Assembly: GCA_964596615.1 (NCBI GenBank)
Contig: CAZQUN010000001.1
Location: 66,786-130,785, forward strand
Reading direction: 5' to 3'
Source of the DNA: an uncultured Candidatus Saccharibacteria bacterium
Lineage (GTDB): Bacteria; Patescibacteriota; Minisyncoccia; Portnoybacterales; UBA2143
Length of the DNA: 64,000 bases
A model generated the notes under the pieces. It worked only from the letters and a program-made list of their open reading frames with translations. It did no database searches and was not told the origin of the DNA. Within the stretch, counting starts at the first letter, position 1; the number at the start of each line of letters is the position of its first letter. The position numbers were made by a program, and so were the translations under genes. Below, in pieces: positions 1 through 10,339 of the stretch.

Positions 1-687
1 AAGAATAATGAAAAAAGGAATAAAGAGATAGAATAGAAACTTTTTTTCTTTCTTAAGCAGAAGATAAATTAAAAGAATTGGCGCTGCAATTAAGAACGCT
101 TCCCTGGCTATCCCGGCTAAAGCCAGGAAAATCCCGGCCAGAGACATTAGAATATATTTATATCTAAAATCTGATTTAAAACCAACAAAAAACAAAAGAA
201 AGAATATTGATAAGAAGAGAAGGGCGACTTCATAGACCCCAAAGTTGTAGGCGGCATACCACCAGTTAAAGGGAAGGAGGATATAGATGAAGGAGAATAA
301 GGCGGCTGTTTTTAGATTGAAGAGATAATAGACGGCGATAGTAAAGATAATTAGTGCTAGGACCAGAATACCAATTGAGATAAAGATTAGATTATTATAG
401 GAAGGTAATCCTGTTATCTTAAATATCTGAGATATGACAATGGGGGCGAGGCGGTTGCTTTCAGTTGAAATTTGTCCCTCCTCTTCAACCAAAGAAGAAG
501 CCAGGAAAACATTAAGACTGTTCTCTGCCCCAAAAAATCCTTCTTGGGACAGATTCCTGGCCAAAAGAGAACTCTTCCATAATTCCATCGGCGAGTAACC
601 TTTGAACATAACCGGAGAATACCAAACTAAAGCTGCTAGGGCAGAGATAATAATTAAAAAACTAATGAGATTTAAAGCATTCTTCAT
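1..687 (-). CDS. Integral membrane protein, C-terminally truncated by window edge (N-terminus MKNALNLISFLIIISALAALVWY...). Not in ORF track
   Basis: Hand translation of the minus strand from ATG at 687..685 gives an open, highly hydrophobic frame to position 1. The ATG overlaps the upstream stop as ATGA (translational coupling). Confidence 0.45.
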   Translation of the reverse strand, partial: MKNALNLISFLIIISALAALVWYSPVMFKGYSPMELWKSSLLARNLSQEGFFGAENSLNVFLASSLVEEEGQISTESNRLAPIVISQIFKITGLPSYNNLIFISIGILVLALIIFTIAVYYLFNLKTAALFSFIYILLPFNWWYAAYNFGVYEVALLFLSIFFLLFFVGFKSDFRYKYILMSLAGIFLALAGIAREAFLIAAPILLIYLLLKKEKKFLFYLFIPFFIIL

Positions 688-1457
688 GATTTCCTGGCAA
701 TAACTAATTGATGATCTCCTTTAATAGAAGAAGGAAGAAACATAGCGAAAAAATCAAGCAAAGGAATAGAAACCAGAGGATAAATATCTTTTTTCTCAAC
801 CTTAAATCCTGTCTGAGTTATCCTTTTTAGCAACTCTTTAGAAGAGACCGGACTAATATGACCAGGGTGATAATCTTTAAACTGCCTTCGATGGATTTCA
901 ACTTTTTTAATTAATCGATAAGCCCTTCCAGAAGCGCTTGTCCTCATCAAAATATTTCTCATGTGATTAAAAGGAAATTTGGAAAAAAAGTAATCATCAT
1001 TATCGGTGGTAATAACTATCCTTCCTCCTGGCTTTAAAATCTTAAAGACCTTTTCTAAAAATACTTCTGGTTTGCCTAAATGCTCAATAACATCAAAAGC
1101 AGTTATTAAATCCGGAGATTCAATATCTAATTGATCAATTTCGTAAGCAGAGTGCTGAATAACTTTTAATCCCGGATAGCGTTCTTTGGCAAATTCAACC
1201 GCGTACCGGGAATAATCGCAGCCGATTACTCTTGCTCCCATCTTTGACATTCTGTCCGTGAAAAATCCGCCGCCACAGCCAACATCCAAGACAGATTTTC
1301 CTTTTAGGCCTAGTCCGTTTAAATGTTTGAAAATATGACCGAGCCGGGAAGAGCTAAATTTAGAAAAATACCTGTATTCCAGACTTAAAAAGTATTCCAA
1401 GTCATAAAAGCCATCATCTTTTTCATCAAATTGAACAACCTTTTGTTCTTTAGTCAT
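684..1457 (-). CDS. Class I SAM-dependent methyltransferase
   Basis: Motif I VLDVGCGGGFF and the downstream acidic and post-II motifs typical of Methyltransf_11/12 fold. Confidence 0.7.
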   Translation of the reverse strand: MTKEQKVVQFDEKDDGFYDLEYFLSLEYRYFSKFSSSRLGHIFKHLNGLGLKGKSVLDVGCGGGFFTDRMSKMGARVIGCDYSRYAVEFAKERYPGLKVIQHSAYEIDQLDIESPDLITAFDVIEHLGKPEVFLEKVFKILKPGGRIVITTDNDDYFFSKFPFNHMRNILMRTSASGRAYRLIKKVEIHRRQFKDYHPGHISPVSSKELLKRITQTGFKVEKKDIYPLVSIPLLDFFAMFLPSSIKGDHQLVIARKS

Positions 1458-2820
1458 TTTTTATCTTCTTAAAATATTTAACAACAAACAAGGTCTGAAG
1501 CAGTATCCCGCCGAATCCGAAATATATTGAAAGAGAAACTGCCGATTCTAAAGGAGAAAAAAAGAACTTATTCAGGATAAAAAACAAAGCCAGGCCGCTA
1601 GCAATAATTGACAGATTAATTACCAAGAGCGGCCTCATCTTATTCAAAGTCCTAAAGAAACTGCCGTAGCCAACCGCCAGACCAGCCAGAACCCAGCCCA
1701 AAAGCAAAACATAAATTAGCTTTATCGCGGGTAAAAACTCCTGGCCATACAAAAATTTAATCAGAACTGGCGCTAGTAAAACAAAGGGGATTAACAACAG
1801 AAGAAAAATAAGGCCGGAAGTTAGACTAGCTTTCTTAAAATTATCCTTAAAAATCTTTCCACCATAAACTAACGATTTAGGCAATTGAACAATTAAAATC
1901 CTTGAAATTGGGGTCATAAAAACCAAAGGCAGAGCTAAATAGCTACTGGCTATTTTAAAGAAGGCCGTTTGAGAGGTATTAGCGGCAAACATACCCAGAA
2001 GGAATACTGGTAGGATAGTATAGAGATTGGTCAGATTCTTATTAACAGAAATCAAAAGACCAAAACCAAAATATTTCCTAAACCTAATATTTTTAAGATT
2101 CCTCAAAATTTGAGAAAGCGATGGAATTAAATTATCTCTTTTTGACAAGCGAGAAAGGATTAAGAGAGAAATGATAAAAAATATTATTGCCGAAAAGAAA
2201 TGACCAAAAACAATTCCCCAAAGACCGTAACCCAATAAAACAAAAGAAACCGGCAAAATCAAATAGATTAATTTATTGAAATTTTCAATAATAGTTAGTT
2301 TCTTTATTTCCCTAATCGACTGAAGAATCAAAGTCAGCATTGAAAAAAGAATTCTGATTAAAACAGCCAAAAAAAGAAGACGGGCCATTTGACCAATTTC
2401 TGGATTCTGATAAAACCAACTAGTTAAAATTGGAGAAATTATTAAAGCTAAAAGACCAACTGTTAGAAAGATAAGCAAACTTAAATAGACAAAATAGCTT
2501 AAAATATTTTTAATTTCTTTTTTGTTCTTTTCCACATAAGCAGCCGGGAATAAAGTCAAAGCACTATAACCCGCTCCCCAATCCATAAACAAACTAACTA
2601 ATCCAACAAAAGCAAAAATTAAAGCGTAAAGACCATAGGTTTCCGCTCCTAATAAGCGGGCGATAACTATTGAGCCAATAGCTGAAACAGCCAAAGAGAA
2701 AAATGAGCCAACCTGAAGAACCGAAACGTCCTGAACGAATTTCTTTTGGCTTAATTCTTTAATTGTTTTAGGTATCTTATTCATTGTATAAATTAAACAC
2801 CGCTTTAAAAACATCGTCAA
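1450..2820 (-). CDS. Polysaccharide flippase-like membrane protein (MOP/Wzx-type)
   Basis: About 12-14 predicted TM helices, 456 aa, located in a GT cluster. Confidence 0.5.
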   Translation of the reverse strand: MTMFLKRCLIYTMNKIPKTIKELSQKKFVQDVSVLQVGSFFSLAVSAIGSIVIARLLGAETYGLYALIFAFVGLVSLFMDWGAGYSALTLFPAAYVEKNKKEIKNILSYFVYLSLLIFLTVGLLALIISPILTSWFYQNPEIGQMARLLFLAVLIRILFSMLTLILQSIREIKKLTIIENFNKLIYLILPVSFVLLGYGLWGIVFGHFFSAIIFFIISLLILSRLSKRDNLIPSLSQILRNLKNIRFRKYFGFGLLISVNKNLTNLYTILPVFLLGMFAANTSQTAFFKIASSYLALPLVFMTPISRILIVQLPKSLVYGGKIFKDNFKKASLTSGLIFLLLLIPFVLLAPVLIKFLYGQEFLPAIKLIYVLLLGWVLAGLAVGYGSFFRTLNKMRPLLVINLSIIASGLALFFILNKFFFSPLESAVSLSIYFGFGGILLQTLFVVKYFKKIKND

Positions 2821-3913
2821 CAGTTATTAATTTAAGACATTTTAACTTTTCTGGGTTGCGACAAACTCTGGCCGGAGGAAGAACAAAAGAACAAGGAAGA
2901 CATTCAATTTTTTTCTGGACAATAATGCAATTTTCACCTAAAGGTGGTTGTTCATTAATATCAATTGGACCAGCTATATCAACAACCGGAATACCAACAG
3001 CATTAGCCATATAAAGAGGCCCGGTATCAACACTGACAAATACTTTCATTTTTGATAAGAAAGCTGATGACTGAGGAAGAGTAAATAATCCGGCCAGATT
3101 AAATATCCTATTCTTCATCATTGATTCCAAATGATTAATTTTACCTTTATCCTTTTCAGAACCAAAAACAATAATCTCAACACCTAAATCATTGATTAAT
3201 TTGTCAAATAATTGAGCGAATTTTTCCAATGGCCACTCCTTTAAAACATTGCCGGCAGTTACGGCTGTTCCAATTAAATTTTTACCAACCAAATCATTTT
3301 CTCTTAAAAAGCTATCAACTTTTTTTTCATCTTCTTGACTAAAGAATAATTCCTTCTTTTTATCTGTTTCTTTAATATTAATAAATTCAAGCAATTTAAG
3401 ATAATGGGTCGCTGTTAAAGTATGCCTCTTGTACTCCAATCTATCTTTAAAAAGAAGAGAAAGCATCCTGTTGGTTTTGCTAGTATATCTAGAAGTTGTC
3501 ATAACTCTTTTCGGAATAGGCGACCACAAAGAGACTAGAATACCTAAGAGGTCTGGTAATAAGGTAAAACAGGTATCAAATTTCTTTTCCCTGATTTTGG
3601 AAATGAAGGCCAGTTTTTTAAAAAATCCGCCTTTAATGAAATTATCGGCTAAAATTATTTCATCAATATGAGGATTGTTTTCTAAAACCGAAGAAGCCAT
3701 CCCGAGACAGATAACCGCTAAATAGCTTTCCGGATATTTTCTTTTTATCTCTCTAAAAACCGGTGTTGAACAAACCAAGTCCCCTATTTTAGCTGTCTGA
3801 ACAATTAAAATCTTTTTCTGATTGCTTTTTTTAAAAAAACTAATCAATGAAAATAAGGGATAGAAAAGATAAGTTAAAATGAGGAAAATTAATTGTTCAA
3901 TGTATTGATTCAT
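2777..3913 (-). CDS. GT9 family glycosyltransferase (heptosyltransferase-like)
   Basis: N-terminal ILIVQTAKIGDLVCSTPVFREIK and C-terminal SVDTGPLYMANAVGIPVV resemble RfaF/RfaC signature regions. Confidence 0.65.
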   Translation of the reverse strand: MNQYIEQLIFLILTYLFYPLFSLISFFKKSNQKKILIVQTAKIGDLVCSTPVFREIKRKYPESYLAVICLGMASSVLENNPHIDEIILADNFIKGGFFKKLAFISKIREKKFDTCFTLLPDLLGILVSLWSPIPKRVMTTSRYTSKTNRMLSLLFKDRLEYKRHTLTATHYLKLLEFINIKETDKKKELFFSQEDEKKVDSFLRENDLVGKNLIGTAVTAGNVLKEWPLEKFAQLFDKLINDLGVEIIVFGSEKDKGKINHLESMMKNRIFNLAGLFTLPQSSAFLSKMKVFVSVDTGPLYMANAVGIPVVDIAGPIDINEQPPLGENCIIVQKKIECLPCSFVLPPARVCRNPEKLKCLKLITVDDVFKAVFNLYNE

Positions 3914-5694
3914 AGAAACTGATAAAGACTAACATCTTTTCCTTGATAGACCGGTTCCAAAAAGCGATAATTATCCAAATTCCATTGAGGATGAAGATTT
4001 TTATCCCAGATAATATAATCTATTGGGTGTTTTCTGAATTCTTCTTCTAGATCTTTTTGATAAAATTCTCTGTATTGGTCAACAACTTTTTGAACCTCCT
4101 CGTCAGTCGGCAGTTTATCTTTTTCAAGATAGGTTAATCGATAGCGATAATAATCATAGATTTTAAGAAATATTTCTTCTCTCTTCTCGTTAAAAAATAA
4201 TTCTTGGGTCATTTCGGGAGTAATTTTATCAAGACGATATTCAAAAAACATTGTCAGCTTATTGTCTTCAATCAAAGGAGGATTAAGATACCGGCTTTTG
4301 TATAAATACTCATCTAATTGAACATAGCAGGATATTAAATGAGCCGGCTTATTCTCCAGTGTCCCAGCGAAATATATTTGATTTTTCTGAGTGTTTTCCT
4401 TTATCCATTGATAAGCTGGCCCGTATTGCTGGCTATGTAAAAGCGTTTCTTCCTTAAATTCGTTGTAAACAAAGATTTCTTGGCTGATGACTAAATAAAA
4501 GCCGGTAAGAATAAACAAGATTAGAAGGAAATTAAAGAATTTAATGCTTTTCTTTCTGACTAAATCAAAGACAAGCCAGATAAAAAATACAATAACCAGG
4601 GGCTTAATAACATACCAATGATAATGGCCTGGCTGGACAATTCGCTGGGTAATGAGCTGCTGATTCAAAATGGCAATAAAGGAAAAAACTATCAAAGACC
4701 AAAGCCAAAGATTTTGACCTTTAATTCTTTTAGTCCAAAGGCCTAAAAGATACAGAACTAAAGCCAAGATTAAATACTTTCCAATTATCATTGAATTGGA
4801 AAGAGTCACCCCAACCAAGCTGGTAAATGAATTAAATGTTTCAGCAGTTGCCAGTTTGTAAAAATTAAACCAATAGGGCAGGGCAATTAAAAGACCGAGA
4901 AGTGTTATCCAAATAATTTTCTTCAATTTTAACCAGTCCCTTCTAAACCAAAACCAGAAAAGCGAAGATAGAATAAAAACAACCAAAAAGCTCCAGGTGA
5001 AAAAATAGATATAGAATGAAAGACCAAGTAAAATTCCAGCCAGCCAGAAATGCTTTTTCTTGGATTGGCCAAGATATGAATAGAAAGAAGATAAGAAGGA
5101 AAATAGGATTATCATTCCAAAAACAGGGATAATCGGACGAGAGAAAATAGAATACCTTGGAATAACAAAACTATTAGCCAGAAAAGCGCTTAGCTCTGAA
5201 GCTGAGCTAATTCCATACCAAAGCATTAAGCCGGCTGCTGAAACCAAGGCTATTTTTTTGTCCTGCTTAAACGAAAGAACAAAAAAATATATTGATAAAA
5301 ACAAGATTAGGGGCAGAATAAACTTGGTTAAGAGAAATATCTGAGAAACATCCAAAAAGAATATCCTCCCTAGCCGATAAAGAATCAATTGGCCTAAATG
5401 CGGACGCTGATAAGGTTGGTCGCCATTAAACGTCCAGAAAACATCTTTTAATCCCCAATCACCTTCAGAGATTTCTTGAAAACGGGATAAATAGTTTGTC
5501 TCAGCATCAATATTTAATATATTAACACCAGCATAATTATCCCCCATTTTAATCATAAAGATAAATTGGGGTAAAACCATTAAAAAACCAATTAGAATTG
5601 AAAAAATAATAGCCAAATAATGATCTTTGATAAATTGCCTCATATTTTTCGGATAAACTTTTTGATAATAATCAACTCTATTGGGAAACTCCAA
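3910..5694 (-). CDS. Large polytopic membrane protein with soluble C-terminal domain (GT-C/YfhO-like?)
   Basis: More than 10 TM segments followed by a ~200 aa hydrophilic tail; context only. Confidence 0.3.
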   Translation of the reverse strand: MEFPNRVDYYQKVYPKNMRQFIKDHYLAIIFSILIGFLMVLPQFIFMIKMGDNYAGVNILNIDAETNYLSRFQEISEGDWGLKDVFWTFNGDQPYQRPHLGQLILYRLGRIFFLDVSQIFLLTKFILPLILFLSIYFFVLSFKQDKKIALVSAAGLMLWYGISSASELSAFLANSFVIPRYSIFSRPIIPVFGMIILFSFLSSFYSYLGQSKKKHFWLAGILLGLSFYIYFFTWSFLVVFILSSLFWFWFRRDWLKLKKIIWITLLGLLIALPYWFNFYKLATAETFNSFTSLVGVTLSNSMIIGKYLILALVLYLLGLWTKRIKGQNLWLWSLIVFSFIAILNQQLITQRIVQPGHYHWYVIKPLVIVFFIWLVFDLVRKKSIKFFNFLLILFILTGFYLVISQEIFVYNEFKEETLLHSQQYGPAYQWIKENTQKNQIYFAGTLENKPAHLISCYVQLDEYLYKSRYLNPPLIEDNKLTMFFEYRLDKITPEMTQELFFNEKREEIFLKIYDYYRYRLTYLEKDKLPTDEEVQKVVDQYREFYQKDLEEEFRKHPIDYIIWDKNLHPQWNLDNYRFLEPVYQGKDVSLYQFL

Positions 5695-7112
5695 AATTCA
5701 TGGTCCCATCTGAATTTCTCAATCTTATGCATCAAATATCCCGCTATTTTAAGAAAAGGATTCTTAAAAAATCCGGAAAAGCGATTGTATTCTGTGGCAA
5801 AGCGGGAACAAAGAGAAAAATGAGGAGAGAATTTATGCTTCGGCCAAGGAGTATTAACCTCTTCAATATTATAGTCCGCCCAGGAAACCAAACTATCAGG
5901 AGGAATAAAGCCATATTCCTGGCTTGTTTTAAAAATCGGCGTGCCCGGATAAGGAGTAAAAATCTTAATAGAAGTATTAGCTTCTGGAGTAATTCTTTTA
6001 AGTTCTTTCATAACCTTGATTGTCTCTGAAACATCTTCGGGTTTTTCACCGGGAAAACCAAGCATAAAAGAATACCAGCCCTTGAAATCATATTTTTTAA
6101 TTATTCGAGCGCTTTCAATGATTTGCTCAACAGTAATATCTTTTCTAATTTTATCCAAAACTCTTTGAGAGCCCGATTCTGCTCCCAAAAACAAGGCCGA
6201 AAGACCAGCTGATTTTAATAATTTCAAGAAATCATCATCCATTCTGGCTAAATAGTCGATTCGGCAATCCGCCTCCCACTTTATGTCTAAGTTGTTTTCT
6301 ATGAATAACTGGCAAATCTTTTTAACTCTGTCAAAATTAACAAAAAAATTATCATCCCAGAAAATTATTCCATCAACCCCATATTTCTCCTTAACTCGTT
6401 TAACCATTTCCAGGACTTTTTCAGGAGACATTGCCCGCCAGTTTCTTTTGTTAAACTCCATGTTGTAGCAAAAAGTACATTGATGACAACATCCTCGGCT
6501 AACCTGAAGAGCAGTGTTTTTTCCGCTCAAACCTGATGACTGATAATTTTTTAAATTAACAAGATTCCAGGCTGGATCCGGTAATCCATCCACGGCTAAA
6601 AACGGCCTTTCCGGATTGTTAACCACCTGACCATTCTTCTTAAAAGAAATCCCTGAAATGCTGTCCAATGGCTTTTCTTCTTTTAAAGCTCTGACTAATT
6701 CCAATAGGGTTTCCTTGCCTTCTCCTCGAACAACAATATCAATATTTTTTTCTTCCAAAGTTTGTTTGGGGAATAAGCTTGAATGGACCCCTCCCCAGAT
6801 AAGAGGCAAATCAGGAAAATTCTTTTTAACAAAGTTAGTCACTTCCAACCCATTATATATCTGATGACCGGTTAAAGCTGAAATACCAAGACAAATAGCG
6901 TCTTTCCCTTCTGATAAAATCAGTTCTTTCCAGTTTGAATCAAAATCAGCATCAATCACCACTGGTGAAAAACCGGCTTTTTCAAGATAAGAAGCCAGGC
7001 AAAGAATCGATAAAGGAGGCCTTCTAACAACTAAAGTCCCTAATTTTGGGTAAACTAAAATTATTTTTCTTTTGTCCTTCATCCTATTTTTTGGAAGAAA
7101 TAGAGCTTCCAT
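5640..7112 (-). CDS. Cobalamin-binding radical SAM enzyme (class B rSAM)
   Basis: N-terminal B12-binding-like Rossmann region (ICLGISALTGH..IWGGVH) followed by SRGCCHQCTFC, which matches the CxxxCxxC motif. Confidence 0.8.
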   Translation of the reverse strand: MEALFLPKNRMKDKRKIILVYPKLGTLVVRRPPLSILCLASYLEKAGFSPVVIDADFDSNWKELILSEGKDAICLGISALTGHQIYNGLEVTNFVKKNFPDLPLIWGGVHSSLFPKQTLEEKNIDIVVRGEGKETLLELVRALKEEKPLDSISGISFKKNGQVVNNPERPFLAVDGLPDPAWNLVNLKNYQSSGLSGKNTALQVSRGCCHQCTFCYNMEFNKRNWRAMSPEKVLEMVKRVKEKYGVDGIIFWDDNFFVNFDRVKKICQLFIENNLDIKWEADCRIDYLARMDDDFLKLLKSAGLSALFLGAESGSQRVLDKIRKDITVEQIIESARIIKKYDFKGWYSFMLGFPGEKPEDVSETIKVMKELKRITPEANTSIKIFTPYPGTPIFKTSQEYGFIPPDSLVSWADYNIEEVNTPWPKHKFSPHFSLCSRFATEYNRFSGFFKNPFLKIAGYLMHKIEKFRWDHEFWSFPIELIIIKKFIRKI

Positions 7113-8377
7113 GCATCAATGTAAGCATCTATAATCTCTTGAAAATTATTGATATCAATATTTTTCTTTTTTTTAACCGGGTATGCTTTTTCAAGTAATC
7201 GGATTCCCTTTTTTATTGCCTTCTTATCAATCCCTCCTTCTTGATTAATGCTTGAAGTAATAAAAAGTAAAGAATTATATATCTTCATCCCCGGATCGCG
7301 CAGATCAAATAAAATTGGCCAGTGAATTTTCCCTCTGAACTGATAAACTCTTAAAAACCAAATCAATGACAGATATGCCTGACTGAAAAAATTGGCTAAT
7401 GATAAAACAAATTTATTTTCAATTTTAAACCGGTTTTTTAAAATAATCTTTAAATAGGGCTTAAAATATTTCCTAGAAGTTCTTGATAGAAACTGATCAA
7501 AACTATTAATGGAAAAAGATTCTTTTAAAACAAACTTGATTGCTCTTAATAAATCATCTCTTGCCTCAAACCAACGCTCTAGATAATTATCAATCCCCTC
7601 ATATTCTGATTTTAATTTTAATTGGGTGTAATAATCAATTTTTTCCAATAGATCGGGGGTTTGATTTTTAAGATCAATAAATTCTTGGTCAAAAACTTTT
7701 TTTAATTCCTCTAATCGTTTCTGGTAAGTTGGTTGGTAAACTCCGGCTAATTGAGTTAAACAAGTACAGATTTCGATATAGGATTTGGAGATATCGTACA
7801 AGAGAGCATCCTTTTGCCATTGAGGCAAATCTTTTTTTAAGATTAAATCAACTGGCCCCCATAAAGAGATTGAAGACAGCCTGTTAAGTATAAAGCGAAG
7901 CCCTTCAGATACTGGCAAATCCTGAGGCTTGTAATCTGGTATTAAATTTCTGATATCTTCTCCGAATAAAACATATGAAGCATGCTTCATTTCATAGTAT
8001 TTGATAAAAGGAGAGAGTTTGGTTAATTGATTTAAGTTTAAAAAACGGATATCAAAATAGAACGATTTTTCTGATTTTTCGTATAAAGAAAATCCTGAAG
8101 TCTCGGCCTTTTCCTCAATTTCTTTGGTTAGTTCCTGATTTTCCGATTCGCTGATTTTAAAATTATCTTTTAAAACAACGTAAATATCATAGTCATTAAG
8201 AGGAATCATTTTCTCATTTTCTAATTTAACACTTCCTTCTCCCCGGCCAAAACCACCAACTAAAATTATTGAAGAAATATTCTTTATTCTTTTCTCTATT
8301 ATATCTACCGCTAAATCTAATTGCCTCTTAATTTGTTCATCAACCCAAGGTTGATTATATGCCGTATATTTCCCCAT
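7079..8377 (-). CDS. Hypothetical protein with N-terminal Pol-beta-type nucleotidyltransferase motif
   Basis: LVGGFGRGEGS...NDYDIYVV fits the GS-x(n)-DxD nucleotidyltransferase signature. Confidence 0.3.
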   Translation of the reverse strand: MGKYTAYNQPWVDEQIKRQLDLAVDIIEKRIKNISSIILVGGFGRGEGSVKLENEKMIPLNDYDIYVVLKDNFKISESENQELTKEIEEKAETSGFSLYEKSEKSFYFDIRFLNLNQLTKLSPFIKYYEMKHASYVLFGEDIRNLIPDYKPQDLPVSEGLRFILNRLSSISLWGPVDLILKKDLPQWQKDALLYDISKSYIEICTCLTQLAGVYQPTYQKRLEELKKVFDQEFIDLKNQTPDLLEKIDYYTQLKLKSEYEGIDNYLERWFEARDDLLRAIKFVLKESFSINSFDQFLSRTSRKYFKPYLKIILKNRFKIENKFVLSLANFFSQAYLSLIWFLRVYQFRGKIHWPILFDLRDPGMKIYNSLLFITSSINQEGGIDKKAIKKGIRLLEKAYPVKKKKNIDINNFQEIIDAYIDAWKLYFFQKIG

Positions 8378-9503
8378 GAATAAGATTTAAAATTTCATTA
8401 TAAAAAACCTGCTCTTTTTTCCCTAAATTAAGATTGGAAATAAATATTCCTTTTTGATCGCCTTCTGGTAAATAGCCATGCATACCCTTAGCCATTTTCT
8501 TTGACATATAGCTCTGTAAAATTATCTTTCCTTCATCCAAGACAAAGAATTCATCGCCGTAACGATTATCAAAAAAATTATACCCATATTCATCTTTTTC
8601 CTGGGAAGTCAGAAAATGACCGACTGATAATGATTCTAATTTCTCTCTGAACGCTGGAAAAACATTGGAATTAAAAAACCAAAAACGCGCCATAGCTGAG
8701 TCCAAAAAAATTAAATAATCTTTTCCCATCTTAAAAGGAAGTTCTTTAAGAATTCCCAAAAGATCAACTGAATCCTTAACCTCTGCCATACCATGATCAG
8801 AATGGATAATAAATTTCTCTCCTTTTAGATAATTTTCTAAAAGCTTATCTATTTTTTTAACTTGGTTAATGGCCTCTGGAGAATCAGGGCCAAATTTATG
8901 AGTAATAGCATCAAGTTCTAAAAGCCAAATTAAATTAAAATCCTTATCCCTGTATTTTTCAGCTAACCCTATTGTTCTCTCATCTCCGCGAAAGAATATA
9001 TTACGGAAGAAATTTCGCATAAACTTATTCTCTCTATCTGTTATTAACCAAGGGCCTTTAATAAAAGCAAAACTTTTATTCTTTTCAATTAAATCATCGA
9101 AAATAGTTTTAACTTCTAAAACATAATTATTTGGCTCTAAACTATGAGTACTAATGTCAAAATTGGAAATAAATTTAATCGGAATATCAGATTTACCTAA
9201 ATGCTTTTCTTTTTTAAAAAAATGAGACAAAGTAATTAATCCATATTTAAAAAGTGTCAAATCTAAAAAACGAAAATACTTAAATAATTTTAGCCAGGAA
9301 AATATCGAGGTCTTGGGGCTATAACAAAACAAGGGCCCAATATTTATCTGATCAGGTTTTTTCCCAGAAAAAAAACTCAAGCCATCTTCCTGATATCCAA
9401 GGGGAGGAATAAAATCCGCTTGATAATTATCAGCAACTGAACTCAAAAAGGGAGCGTGTTTTAATTGTTTAAACATTAAGGAATCAATAATAATCCACTT
9501 CAT
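8355..9503 (-). CDS. Alkaline-phosphatase-superfamily-like metalloenzyme (hypothetical)
   Basis: The HSDHGM motif is typical of AlkP-core phosphotransferase/phosphomutase enzymes. Confidence 0.3.
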   Translation of the reverse strand: MKWIIIDSLMFKQLKHAPFLSSVADNYQADFIPPLGYQEDGLSFFSGKKPDQINIGPLFCYSPKTSIFSWLKLFKYFRFLDLTLFKYGLITLSHFFKKEKHLGKSDIPIKFISNFDISTHSLEPNNYVLEVKTIFDDLIEKNKSFAFIKGPWLITDRENKFMRNFFRNIFFRGDERTIGLAEKYRDKDFNLIWLLELDAITHKFGPDSPEAINQVKKIDKLLENYLKGEKFIIHSDHGMAEVKDSVDLLGILKELPFKMGKDYLIFLDSAMARFWFFNSNVFPAFREKLESLSVGHFLTSQEKDEYGYNFFDNRYGDEFFVLDEGKIILQSYMSKKMAKGMHGYLPEGDQKGIFISNLNLGKKEQVFYNEILNLIHGEIYGI

Positions 9504-10339
9504 ATTTTTTCAGCTAAAATGTATCGATGATGAGCCCAACAAAGCTTTAATCGCCAATAAAGAGGCAGATTTTCCAAAAAAGCAAACTTTTTAATTCTTT
9601 TTAGCATATCTTTGTCTTTGCCAGTAAAGTAATCCAAGCTGTTCCATTGCCAGGAAGAAAAATCTTCTTTTGATTTCCTGATTTTTAATTTAGACAAAAG
9701 ATCCGTTATCGGCATACAAGTATCAGGCCAGACAGGAATATCAAAGACCCCTTCCTTTATTACTCGACAATTATTCTTTTTCAAATTCCTTTTAACCCTT
9801 GAAGCGCTCAGGGCCTTGAAATTTAAACCAATAAAATATTCTTTATTCAAAAAATATTTCCCCAAGAAATATCCTGGCTGATAGCGATTAGGAATATAGA
9901 TTAAAATTAACTTGTTACTAGTCCTGACCACCTCAGAAAGCAAATCCTCAAAGTTTCTAAGTCGCCATAAAGAAGCGAAATTCCAAACTAAATCAAAGGA
10001 ATCATCATTAAATGGCAGTTGATTGTAGTTTGATAAAATAAAATCTGCTTTTAGATTTAAATGATTCCAAATCTTTTCAACTTCTTCCAAATACTCTTTA
10101 TTATCATCAACTAAACTGACATTAATCCCGTTCTGGGCTAAAGAAACGCTGTTTATACCCGGAAGACCCAACATTCCTCGGGTCGGGACTTCTAAAACAT
10201 TTTTCAGATTATGTTTTTTGGCTAATTTAACTAAATTATCAGCTAGTAAAAGCCGCTCGTAGACCAAACCCAGCCCTTCGTTAAAATTAAACTTATTCTT
10301 GGATTTCCAATAGCTATTATAAATATCCTGACCGATCAT
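9500..10339 (-). CDS. Hypothetical protein, possible degenerate class I methyltransferase fold
   Basis: VLEVPTRGMLG / VSLVDDN / FDLVWNF resemble MTase motifs I-III. Confidence 0.3.
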   Translation of the reverse strand: MIGQDIYNSYWKSKNKFNFNEGLGLVYERLLLADNLVKLAKKHNLKNVLEVPTRGMLGLPGINSVSLAQNGINVSLVDDNKEYLEEVEKIWNHLNLKADFILSNYNQLPFNDDSFDLVWNFASLWRLRNFEDLLSEVVRTSNKLILIYIPNRYQPGYFLGKYFLNKEYFIGLNFKALSASRVKRNLKKNNCRVIKEGVFDIPVWPDTCMPITDLLSKLKIRKSKEDFSSWQWNSLDYFTGKDKDMLKRIKKFAFLENLPLYWRLKLCWAHHRYILAEKI